Shown here in pieces: positions 1-12,192 of a DNA stretch of 64,000 nt. Where the stretch lies: assembly GCA_964016885.1 (NCBI GenBank), contig OZ024740.1, positions 97,898,001 through 97,962,000 of the forward strand, written 5' to 3'. Every line of letters begins with the position of its first letter. The first letter of the stretch is position 1. The DNA is from Eledone cirrhosa. Taxonomy: Eukaryota. Under the pieces are notes generated by a model. It saw only the letters and a list, made by a program, of their open reading frames with translations. It was not told where the DNA came from and made no database searches. The translations under genes were made by a program, and so were the position numbers.

Positions 1-2420
1 TTACTAAAGGTGACGGATGAGATCTGTGGCTGGGGTAAGACCACAGGCAGGAGGAGAATGACTTGGTGGTGGAACAATAAAGTAGATGAGGCAGTTAAGG
101 CCAAGAGACAGGCATGGAAAGAATAGAAAAACGGTGGAAGCAGGGTACATTACATAGAGACCAGGAGGGAAGCTAGGTGACAAATATACTTAGCTAGGAA
201 GGTAGCAGAGGATAGAAAATTCAAGCATGTTTTGCAACATGAAGACCAAAAACAGGAGGTGTTCAAGATTGCGAGGCAGTGTGTCAGAGAGAATTGTGAT
301 ATCATTTGAGAGAAGTGTATCCAGAATGAAAAAAGGGTGCTTGCCCTCACAAGTGCTGAGAAGAAAGATGCGTGGAAGAGCCATTATGTTAGATTACTAA
401 ATGAGGAGAATGGATGGGAAAAAGAGACCCTAGCCCAAGCAGACCCTATAGAGGGACCAGCAGTACAAGTCAGCAGCAGTGTAGTAAGTAAGGCAATCAA
501 AGATATGAAGACGGGGAAGGCAACCGGTCCATCGGGTATAGCTGCCGAGATGCTGAAGGCATCTGGGTCGGTTGGTCACACCATAACCACATGTATTGTT
601 AACCAGGTAATACTAGAATGTGTCATACCAAAGGATTGGTGCAGTAGCATCATTGTCAACTGCTACAAAGATAATGGTGATGCACTAGATAAAGGAAAAT
701 ATAGAGGTATAAAGCTGATGGACCAGGTCATGAAATTAACAGAAAGAGTTATAGTAAATTGATTAGGGACTGGGTGAAACTAGATGAGATGCAATTTGGG
801 TTTGTGCCAGGAAGAGGCACCACTGATGTCTTCTTCCTTGTGAGGCAGTTGCAGGAAAAGTACCTAGCTAAAAGTAAGCCACTCTACCTGGTATTTGTCG
901 ATCTCAAGAAAGACTTTGACAGAGTTCCCCATGCTATAATCTGGTGGGCTCTTAGTAAACTAGTGAATGGCTTGTGAAAGCTGTACAAGACATGTATAGG
1001 GGAGCAGTCAGCAAAGTTAGGATTAGCAATGAGTATAGCGAGGAATTTAGCATACAGATCGGTTTCCATGAGGGCTCTGTTCTTAGCCCTCTCCTGTTCT
1101 TCATAGTTCTGCAGCCAATAATGGAGGAGTTTAAGACCGGATGCCCATGGGAAGTCCTGTATGCAGATGACATCGCATTTATAGCTGAATCTATGGTAAA
1201 ACTAGAGAAAAAATTCCAAACTTGGAAGCAGGGACTAGAAAGAAAGGGTCTCAAAGTCAACCCGACAAAGACTAAGGTCCTTGTAAGTAGACGAGAAAAC
1301 AGAAAGATACCCTCAGGGAAATGTAGGAAATGTGTAGGTAGGAACTCCATTCTCTGCCCCAAATGCAAACAATGGGTACACAAGAGATGTAGCGGGCCTC
1401 AGGAAGCTTAACTAAGAATGTAGGCTTCACATGTAGCAGCTGTGCTGGGACAGTAAGCAGCAAACAGCCACAGGAAACAAGTACCACCAAACTCTGGGAG
1501 TGCTCTGTAGAAACAGTAGACAGCTTATGCTACCTATGTGACTGAATTAGCAGCGGAGGTGGGTGGTCGGATAATACAATAATTAGGATAAGAACGGGAT
1601 GGAAGAAGTTCAGGGACCTACTGCCACTGTTACCTGCAAAAGGATTTTCCCTCAAAATGAAAGGCAGGCTCTATGATTTGTGAATACGAACAGTAATGTT
1701 ACATGGTAGTGAGACCTGTGGCCTGTCTATGGAAGACTTGCGTAGATTAGAAAGAAACGAAGCCTGCATGCTCCGATGGATATGGAATAGTAATATACGC
1801 GAACGGCAAAGCATATATGAATTGAGAGAGAGACTGAGAATATGAGGAATCAAATGCTGTGTGCAGGAGGGGCGGTTGCTTTGGTATGGACATGTGATAC
1901 GTATGAAGAATGACAGCTGCATAAAAAGGGGCAGAGCACTAGAAGTCAATAGAAACCATGGAGTAGGGAGACCCAATAAGACCTTGGATGAGGTGATAAA
2001 AGCCGACCTTACCCAATTACACGTCTCAATGGCGATGACACACGACCGTGACCTCTGGCGTCATACAGAAATACAGAAGACCCAAACCCCCACGGGTACA
2101 AGCCGAAGCTAAAGCATATAGACAATATGCCCCCACATTCTCCCACTGCAAAGTGGTCATGGAGGTGCCACGGTAAAAAAGCACCCAGCCCACACTGTAA
2201 AGTGGACGTGTAGGGGCCACAGAAGAAAAGCACCCAGCACTCACTGTAAATGAGGTTGGTGTTAGGAAGGGCATCCAGCTGTAGAAATCAAGCCAGAATC
2301 AATTCCCATATGAGCAAGGCATTGTTAGCCAACCGGACACTGCCCACAACAAGACAACCCATCTAATCCATGCTAGCATGGAAGAACGGACGTAAAATGG
2401 TGATGATGATGATGATGATG
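1..2420 (+). mobile_element. RTE-clade LINE, subfamily A, disrupted; 5' part outside window
   Basis: ORF fragments 337-762, 759-977, 974-1411, 1861-2112 carry RT motifs (QFGFVPGRGTTD, FVDLKKDFDRVP, GSVLSPLLF, YADD, WYGHV); 3' UTR ends in (GAT)n at ~2400-2420. Confidence 0.95.
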
Positions 2421-4177
2421 AAGCGATAAAGTAAGTTTCATATATTTTGGTCATAAGCTGTCACTGTACTGAATATAGATTTCATTCATACATTCTTAGT
2501 TATAGGCTTCTTATTGCATCATGTAACTATTAGTTTTAAAGAAAATCAAATTGCTTAAATTCATATCCTCTGACATATTAATTATCATCTTAACACCTGC
2601 TATTTCCAAAAGAGAGATTTTTGGGAGCTCAAAGAAGGCACTTTTTAATACAGATACACCTTTTAATACCATCTATATTATCTTATATATTGAGTATTTA
2701 GCTGAACAATAGTCTTGCTGGTATCTCCCCATATATACATATATACATATACACACACACACTCAGATGATGGTACGTAGCAACAGGTAGTAGTTTTAGT
2801 GTACCACAGATACAATGCTCTTTAAGAAATAGATAATGTGTATTGGGCACGAATAGGTATGGCATATATGACAAGTTTCCATAGGGTCATCTTCTACCAA
2901 ATTTTACTGATAAGTTTGTGGCTGACTCTAGTAATGATACAATACACTTTACGAATGTGTTCAGCTGAGTGATCAAAATGAAAAGTTTAGAAACGTTTTC
3001 CTAGTCATTTTTCATACTGAGATAGGGCATAGCCCTGTGGGTCCCATGGCAGGCATCACACTCATTATGGGGTCTTTCTTGGCATGAACGATATTTGTCA
3101 CTTCTTATAACACATAGGTGCACCTATTCTAAAATAGATACAAAATTAAATGTTAGAAGCACATAATTCTGAATTGAACCTCTTAACCACATGTTCATAA
3201 TCCTTTTCGTGCTATACATAGAATGCGATTATTCTGAAAGGAAAGCAGTGAAGCTAAATACTGTATAGCAATTAGTTACCTTAGGCAATCTAGCCCTTGT
3301 TGTTAAGCAATTATCAGTAAATCCACTGAAGGTTTGCTGCAAGTTCTCTCATAAATCTCTCAGGAAACCATAAGAAGTTTCTATAGATTATGCACTTGAA
3401 ACACCATAAATGAGTATATGCAGAGTGATTAGCATTTCACCCATATCTTTAACCTCTTCATTCACCAGTGGATATTTGGTTTTGATAACTTAATTTTATA
3501 CATTTCTTCTCTCAAGATTTATTTCACTATATCTTTCTCATTCCATCCTATTTTATAAATTACATCTCATTAGCTATGTATAGGTATCTATCTTTACATA
3601 ACTGTATGTATAGTGCTATATCATTCACATACATGTATGTCTGTGTATATAGGTATGTGAGTATGTATATATGAATGCATATATGTGTGTTAATACATCT
3701 GAATATATTAGCATTTACATACACGCATACACTTTTATATATGTCAAAAGTTATATATAAATAAATACACAAATCATCATTTTACGTATGATTTTCCTTG
3801 TTGGGATTAGTTAGTTCACTGTCCTTTTCTGAATCATCTTCCACCCACATAGTAGCACATAGAACCAACCATGATTAGAGATGTTTTTATCTTAGATACA
3901 TTTTATCACATTTCAAGTGCCAAAGAAGTTGCCTTGTCCTGCTCCAGACATGTCATTTTTGTTCACTATCTATTGCTCCTTCTTCTCTGGTCTTCTTAGC
4001 CCATTTCTTCCTGTCAATGTCATTATTGCCTTTATTACCAATCCTTGTCTTCATATTATTCTCTAATGTTCATTAATCCTTATATTCTATTTCTTATTTT
4101 GATAGTCAGAGTTACTTGTATCTTTTCTTACTTCCCCACTATATTCTGCTGTTTCTTATTATCAACATTATCATAGC

Positions 4178-4357
4178 AGTATCGGTAGAGGGTCAGACAC
4201 CATGCTTTCCAGCATAGTTATGTCCCTTTACGGTCTGAGTTCAAATCCCGTCGAGGTTAACTTTGTCTTTCATCCTTACGGGGTCGATAAAATAAAGTAC
4301 CAGTAATGTACTGGGTAATTGCTGCCTTGTGCCAAAAGTAGAAACAATTATCATCAT
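4178..4357 (+). mobile_element. tRNA-derived SINE, family S1
   Basis: B-box GAGTTCAAATCCC, body GGGGTCGATAAAATAAAGTACCAGTAATG..., (ATT/ATC)n tail; similar copies at 23619-23800 and 38003-38188. Confidence 0.8.
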
Positions 4358-4471
4358 TTTATAAATGTTTCTTTAAGCTTGCATGAGTTGCAGGAGATAT
4401 TTTTTTCTGAGAGGTTTTCTTATATATAGAAAGAGAGAAGGAGAGAGAGCATCTTATACAAAATATCTGAA

Positions 4472-4514
<43 letters not shown>

Positions 4515-4818
4515 GTGTTGGTGATAAAGCTTGTCAAACCAAGGTTTGGAAGGGTTCTTCAATTCTGTCAAAGAAATGACAACCATTTTAGTGCTGATGC
4601 CATAATAAATGTATTTAGTAGAATATGGAACCATATGCAAGCAAGATGCAAAACCTCTGACTTCTCTGAGAGGTCAGTAGACCTGCTTTAGTATTGACTC
4701 AGTCAGTGAAGACCCATTCAACCTTGCTAACAAGGAAAGTGGATATTAAATGAGGATGATGATATATATGTGCATATATAACATATATAAACACACACAT
4801 ATATATATATACATAAAA

Positions 4819-4851
<33 letters not shown>

Positions 4852-5876
4852 TATATGTATGTGTACATACACATACACACACACATATATACATATATAT
4901 GATGTTAAACGATGATGATGATATTAATATATATGTTCACGGACGTTAAACGTTGATGATGATGTATACACACACACATAAATATAGTCATATATATATA
5001 TTCATTTATCTATAGTTGAATACTGACATTCTGAAGTGTGTCTATGTCCAAAGTTTATTAATATACCATCACCCTAAGTTTATGCTAGCCATATTAATAT
5101 GTTCATATGATCATAATTTAAAACACACACACACCCATCAGTGCTAACATTAGGCGTAATAAGACATTTCTCTAAGCAAAACCCACCAATGCCACCACCA
5201 CCACCACGACCACCACAAATACCAGCAATGACAAAACCACCACCAGGAATACCATCACCTCCAGCACCATCACCACCATTACTAGCCACCTTCTTCCCTC
5301 ATGATAGCACCATGTAAAATGTTATCAAAAACCGGAAATTGCTTGACACATTGATTAAAAGGTGATAGAAAACATACTTCATTCCTCTAAAACTAAATCC
5401 AAACTGCAGTGGTTTGCCAAATGTTTTCAAGAACTATATTTATAGATAGATGCGTCTGAAATATAAGGTGATGTTGATATTAGAGTTTAAAATCCCTACC
5501 CCCACCATCCCACACCAAGAACCCCAACATTGTTGAAGAAAAGCAAAGATTCCTTGATTGATCCAAATCAATAAATGCTAAATTAAATGAATAGTCAGCA
5601 CATAACATCAGGCAAGGGCCAAATATGATAAGTTCAACTGAACCTGTGGTGAGCATACTATATGTGTGTGTACATATATATTTATATATATACACGACGG
5701 CAGAGCTCAAGCCATTTCAACGGAAATAGGCATCGAAACGGCTTGAGCTCTGCCATCAGGGTCAAACATTTTCCTATATATATATATATATATACACACA
5801 TACATATATATATATCATCATCTCATCATCATCTTTGTTTAACGTCCATCTTCCACGCTAGCATGGGTTAGTCAGG

Positions 5877-5899
<23 letters not shown>

Positions 5900-5911
<12 letters not shown>

Positions 5912-6155
5912 ACAGGAGGCTGGACTGGTGTAAATCCTTGAAAGGTTTATTATACTATGATCGTTTCAATGACCGGGTTCCATATGAATCCGGTGATATC
6001 ATCAGGTATTCGAAATATAACAAAGGAATATGTAAAAACCATGGGTCCGAAAAATCAGAGACAGAGAGGACGACTGACCAACTAGCTGTCTCCACCTCAG
6101 CCAGTCACACTCAAAGTGAAGGCAACTCCATCTGCTAATGAATCAACAAACCTAA

Positions 6156-6157
<2 letters not shown>
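5900..6157 (-). mobile_element. Penelope-like pseudo-LTR remnant
   Basis: Homologous to the reverse complement of 45095-45266; contains a hammerhead motif; flanked by (TA)n on both sides. Confidence 0.65.
5952..6009 (-). ncRNA. Minimal type I hammerhead ribozyme motif, probably degenerate
   Basis: Minus strand: atac CTGATGA tatcaccgg...cccggtcatt GAAAC gatc ATA gtat; stem I atac/gtat, palindromic gatc in stem III, one C.A mismatch. Confidence 0.65.

Positions 6158-6233
<76 letters not shown>
6158..6233. repeat. (TA)n microsatellite
   Basis: Pure TA run between the Penelope remnant and a LINE tail. Confidence 0.98.
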
Positions 6234-6238
<5 letters not shown>

Positions 6239-7522
6239 CATCATCATCATCATCACCGTTTTACGTCCGTTCTTCCACGCTAGCATGGGTTAGACGGGTT
6301 GTCCTGTTGTGGGCAGTGTCTGGTCGGCTGACCATGCCTTGCTCATACAGGAACTGATTTGGCTTGATTTCTACAGCTTGACGCCCTTCCTAACACCAAC
6401 CTCATTTACAGTGAGTGCTGGGTGCTTTTTCGTGGCGCCTACACGTCCACTTTACAGTGTGGGCTGGGTGCTTTTTTGCCGTGGCACCTCCACGACCACC
6501 TTGTGGTGGGGGGTGTGGGGGCATATTGTCTATATGCTTCAGCTTGTACCCATGGGAGGTCGGGTACTCTGTATTACTGCGTGACGCCAGAAGTCATGGT
6601 CGTGTGTCATTGTCTTTGAGAGGTGCAATTGGGTAAGGTCGGCTTTTATCACCTCATCCCAGGTCATCTTGGGTCACCCCACTCCGCGGTTTCCATCAAC
6701 TTCTAGTGCTCTGCACCTTTTTATGCAGCTGTCATCCTTCATACGCATCACATGTCCATACCAGCGCAACCGCCTCTCCTGCACACAGCATTTGACTCCA
6801 CTTATGCTCAGTCTCTCTCTCAATTCATTTATGCTTTGTCGTTCACGTATATTACTGTTACACATCCCTCGGAGCATACAGGCTTCGTTTCTCTCTAATC
6901 TACGTAAGTCTTCCACCTTCAGCGCCCAGGTCTCACTACCATGCAACATCGCTGTTCGGATACACGCATCATACAGTCTGCCTTTCATTCTGAGGGAGAA
7001 GCCTTTTGCAGCTAACAGTGGTAGTAGTTCCCTAAACTTCTTCCATCCCATTCTTACCCTAGTTATTGTACTTTCTGAACACCCACCTCCACTGCTAATT
7101 CGGTCACCTAGGTAGAAGAAGCTGTCTACTGTTTCTACAGGGCCCTCCCAGAGATTGGTGGTACTTGTTTCCTGTGGTTGTTTGCTGCTTGCTGTATCAG
7201 CACAGCTGCTGCATGTGAATCCTACATTCTTAATTAAGCTTCCTGAGATCCCGCTACATCTCTTGTGTACCCATTGTTTGCATTTGGGGCAGAGAATGGA
7301 GTTCCTACCTACACCTCTCCTACATACTGAGCAAGGCCATTTTCCTGAGGGGATCTGCGTTCTGTTTTCTCATCTACTTACAAGGACCTTAATCTTTGTC
7401 ATGTTGACTTTGAGACCCTTTCTTTCTAGTCCCTGCTTCCAAGTTTGGAATTTATTTTCTAGTTCTACCATAGACTCAGATATGAGTGCGAGGTCATCAG
7501 CATACAGGAGTTCCCATGGGCA
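6234..7522 (-). mobile_element. RTE LINE subfamily A, 5'-truncated
   Basis: (CAT)n tail at left; minus ORFs 7370-7558 (YADD) and 6674-7051; (TA)n on both sides. Confidence 0.95.
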
Positions 7523-7749
7523 TATATATATTATATATATATATATATGCACATACATTTATATATATATATATATATTTTAAGTCCGAAAATATTTAGG
7601 ATTATAAGATTTGCTAAGGTAGTACGATTCTTTTGTTATCTCAGCAATTTTAATTTTCTTTCTAGTGCATTGCATGGTTTTCAAAGTTATTTAAATATGT
7701 GTCTTGTATTCAACAATGTTTCAAGCAAGCTACAACGAGTTATCTTTTA

Positions 7750-8132
7750 AGACTAAAGTTCTAGTATGTGGAAAGGAGAATAGGGTACCTGTGGGAAAAA
7801 GCTATGCTCAGTGCATAAGAATGGAGTAGGTAAAAATTCCATTCTATGCCCCAAATGCAAACTATGGGTGCATAAAAGATGTAGGGAGATCACAAGTAAG
7901 CTATCTAAGAATATAGATTTTATATGTGGCCAATATGCAGTAAGTAGCAAGGGCCCATTGGATCCTATCTCCTTTAACTGGTTCTATAAAAACAGTGGAC
8001 ATTTTCCGTTACTGTAGTGACAAATTCAGCTGTGGAGGAGGGTGTTCTGAAAGTGTAGTAGCCAGAGTTAGAACGAGATGGAAAAAGTTCAGAGAGCTAA
8101 AACCGCTGTTGTCCACAAGGGGTTGTCTTTCT
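7750..8132 (+). mobile_element. Degenerate RTE fragment (PHD region)
   Basis: ORF 7811-8017 GVGKNSILCPKCKLWVHKRC. Confidence 0.85.
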
Positions 8133-8175
8133 TTAATAACAATCCACTTGTTCCATGTATAAAGCTAACAATAGC

Positions 8176-8179
<4 letters not shown>

Positions 8180-8258
<79 letters not shown>
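8180..8258. repeat. (TA)n microsatellite
   Basis: Pure TA run. Confidence 0.98.
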
Positions 8259-8260
<2 letters not shown>

Positions 8261-8269
8261 CTAAACATC

Positions 8270-8822
8270 ACAAGAGAAATGCTGTCGTGCAGAAGACGAC
8301 CTGACCTGCAACATACAATGTGGCCTAACATACGCCCACGTCTCCCACTTCCCCTACCACTCAGTAACAGCTATCCCCAATACAACTACACCAACCTCAC
8401 CACATACACTCCACACACATTCTTAGCTGCTGCCCCCTTGTCAAGTAGCTGGTTACGGAAAAGGCATCTAGCTGTGGAGGTCTTGCCAAACAAAGAGTTG
8501 GAAGGATACTTCAGTCATGTCAGCCTCCCTAGTATTTGGTGACCTACACAATAAACAAGCCCAGTACATGCTGTAAACGGGATAATGACAGAAAGGATAT
8601 CTAGCCATAGAAAACTTGGTTTGGAAGAACCTCACTTGTGTCACAGATATGACAACACCACCTCCTGTGTATTTGATAGCATGCGAAACGATACGTAATT
8701 GGGATGATAGATCCCTGGCTGCTCTGTAAGATCTGTAACCCCCGATTCAGTACTGACTAGTTCTATGGAAATCCATGCAATACTTGCTAGCAGGTAAAGC
8801 TGGCGTTAAAATGATGATGTTG
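8270..8822 (+). mobile_element. Old RTE-type 3' end(s)
   Basis: Degenerate GGAAAAGGCATCTAGCTGT motif and terminal GCTAGCAGG...CGTTAAAATGATGATG. Confidence 0.55.
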
Positions 8823-9524
8823 ATTATATATATATGAATATATAGCTATCACTGTCTCACTTATATTACTTGCTACTCTCTCATATCATTTCTAATACTC
8901 TGTTTCCCTCATCTCAATAGTATTTACATTCACTTTTATTTCACCTTCTGGCCCATCACTCTCTATTTCCCAATTTCTACTATGTTTGCCTAGAAATAAT
9001 AGAGACATGACATAATAGAAAAAGCAGATCTTTTTGAGACCCTAGCCACTTAAAGGTTTATGGTGACCCAAATAAAGTTTTGGGGAATGTATAAAAACAA
9101 TTAACTTGAATAAAAATGGTGTTCCTCTTTCCTTGGTGCCTTAAACATGAGCTTCTTTTATCTAATATTTAATCCAGCCCAGTAGAAAGGGCACCATGTT
9201 TTTGTGACAACACAATCTCTCTTATACTGTTACCAGTGATAAAGATTGACTCAATGAAGTGAATGGCAAATGAATGGAAATAGACAATATAGAGAAATGA
9301 GGCAGATTCTGGAATTTACACCAATCCATGGTACCATCTACTGAGATGGTACCATGATAACATGAACACAATAATCTATTTAAAGTGATAGGTGTTAAAA
9401 TAATCATCCAGATGTAGAAATCATGACAAAAATAGAACTTATTTGAAAGGCTGACATAAATTAATTTACATAATTACAAACACATATTCATATAAGGATG
9501 AAAGAGCTTCATATATATATGTAT

Positions 9525-10971
9525 ATCATCATCATCATCATCATCATCAACGTTTAACGTCCGTGTTCCACGCTTGCATGGGTTTGGATGGGGGTAGTCC
9601 CACTTGAGGCAAGAGTGATTGTCTTGCTCGCATAGGACTGTCTGGCAGGTTTTCTACAGTTGGATGCCCTTCCTAACACCAACCACATTTACAGTGTGGG
9701 TCTGGGAGGTTTTTACCGTGTTGCCTACACGGCCACATTACAGCGTGGACTGTGTTTTTTTTGTCGTGACACCTACACGATCTCATTTGTTTCGGCCTCG
9801 ATGGCGCGGCACCAACATAACTTTACATAGAACGGGGTGGTGTGGATGGGGTGGGGGTTGGGGTGGTGGGACGGGGTGTATTTTGTTAGAGATGCCTACT
9901 GGCTGGAGTAGGTTTTACTATATATATTTAGGTAAGGCAGGTCTTCTCTGTTACTGAGTACCGCCAAAGGTCTCGGTCCAGTGACATTGTCTTGGAGAGG
10001 TGTAAGTGTGTGATGTCGGAGTTTATCAGCTCGTCCCAGGTTTTTCTAGGTCTGCCTATTCTGTGACTACCGTCTATCTTTATTGCCCTGCACTTTGTTA
10101 TACAGCTATCGACTTTCATGCGCATCACGTGTCCATACCAACGTAGCCTTCTCTCGAGTAAACAACATCTGATCCCTCTTATCTCTAATTTTTTCCTTAG
10201 TTCGTTTATGCTTTGCCGTTCACGTATATTACTGTTACACATCCAGCGGAGCATGCAAGCTTCGTTCCTCTCTAGTCTGCGTATATCCTCTGCACACAAT
10301 GCCCAGGTCTCACTGCCATGCAGCATTGCTGTTCGTATGCAGGCATCGTACAACCTGCCTTTCATTTTTAGGGAGAACCCTTTAGCAGCTAATAGTGGTA
10401 TAAGCTCTCTGAACTTTTTCCAACCAGTTCTGACTCTAGCTACAGTACTTTCAGAGCACCCTCCCCCACTGCTGATTTTATCGCCCAGGTAACGGAAGCT
10501 GTCCACTATTTCTATAGAACCCTCTGCGCAATTGAAAGAGCTAGTATTTTGTGGGCACTTGCTGCTACTTATTGCACCAGAGCACCGGCCACATGTAAAA
10601 TCTATGTTCTTAGTTAGCTTGCCTGTGATCCCACTACATCTTTTATGCACCCATACTTTGCATTTAGGACATAAAATGGAGTTTCTACCTACGCCTTTCC
10701 TACACACCGAGCACGACCATTTCCCAGAAGGGACCGCCGCCTTGTTTTCTTTCCTACAAACTAGTACTTTGGTCTTAGCCAGGTTAATTTTAAGTCCTTT
10801 TGACTCTAGGCCGTGCTTCCATGTTTGGAATTTCTTCTCTAGCTCGGCCATTGATTCCGCTATGAGTGTCAGGTCGTCTGCGTATAGGAGTTCCCATGGG
10901 CAGCCTGTCTTGAACTCCTCTGTTATAGCCTGAAGGGCAATAATAAATAGTAGTGGGCTGAGAACAGAGCC

Positions 10972-10974
<3 letters not shown>
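9525..10974 (-). mobile_element. RTE LINE subfamily B, 5'-truncated
   Basis: Open ORF 9928-10851 (307 aa) covering RT C-terminus and PHD finger; (CAT)n tail; (TA)n on both sides. Confidence 0.95.
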
Positions 10975-11007
<33 letters not shown>

Positions 11008-12192
11008 TTTGGCAATAAGTGTGTCAGTTAATCAATTAAGAGAACACCCTGTTCATTATATTCAAAAGTGTCGAAAGTGTCTTAATATAATTCTCAGAGA
11101 GATAAACTTTGTCAAAGCTGGTCTTTTGAATTACAGGTACAATCCATCTGACAGACTTCAGAACAGTTTCCCTTGAGCCAGTTTCAATCTCATGCTATGA
11201 GTAAACACTAGGCTATAATAAATATAAACATTAGACCACACACTGAGATTGGACATAATGATTGTTAAGCAACCTTTTAAATAATTTGGCCATACATACA
11301 CATATACACATACATACAAAAAACTATATGCACACAAACTTTCATACAAACACACACAGACATGCATTCAGACACATGCATTCACACACAGATATACATA
11401 TACAGACACACACTTATATATACATAGGAAATGCACACTTATAGGAAATATACACACTTATATATGCATAGGAAATACATCTAATACAGAAATCTAAATA
11501 TTCAAATCACCATGAAATTATTTGATGTACAGAGTAGCGAAAATTCCAAACATATGACACAGTTATTTTGCCTAAGAATGATGGCTTATAGACAGTGAAT
11601 TCAAGAAAACATCTTTAATTATATAATTTTGTTATTTCACTGAAAGTAATAGCTTTATCCATGTGCATCTGTTCTGATACATATATTTGCCAAACAAAAT
11701 TTCTCTATCTAACATTATTTTTTGATGTTGAAGCGTTTCCCGAGACAGTTATTTCGACTGTAAGAAAATATTTACACAGATGGACACACATACATAGACA
11801 ACATTTCCATCACACACAGCTACAATAAAACATATATATTCCTCACAAAGTATAGATATTTGTGAATATATTATACATAAATATTCAAACATCTACCTCA
11901 AATTATATATAAATACATATAAAGCTGTCTCCAAATAAACAAAAGTATAAATATTCTCTCTAAATATATATACAGGAATAATTGAAAACATATGAGTAGT
12001 CTACACACAAAAATATAAACATGATAAAAATATAGATACATATGAATAAAAACATTATAAATATATATAGAGAGAAAGAAGGAGAGATAAATAGAAAAAC
12101 AAAGATTGAGAAGAGGAAGGAAAGGGTAAAATGAGAAAAAGTTATCTACACACTCACATATATATACATACACACATATATAGATATACATA

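Noticed and set aside
5080-5289. Gly-rich ORF
   Set aside because: Translation of a degenerate (CCA)n repeat.
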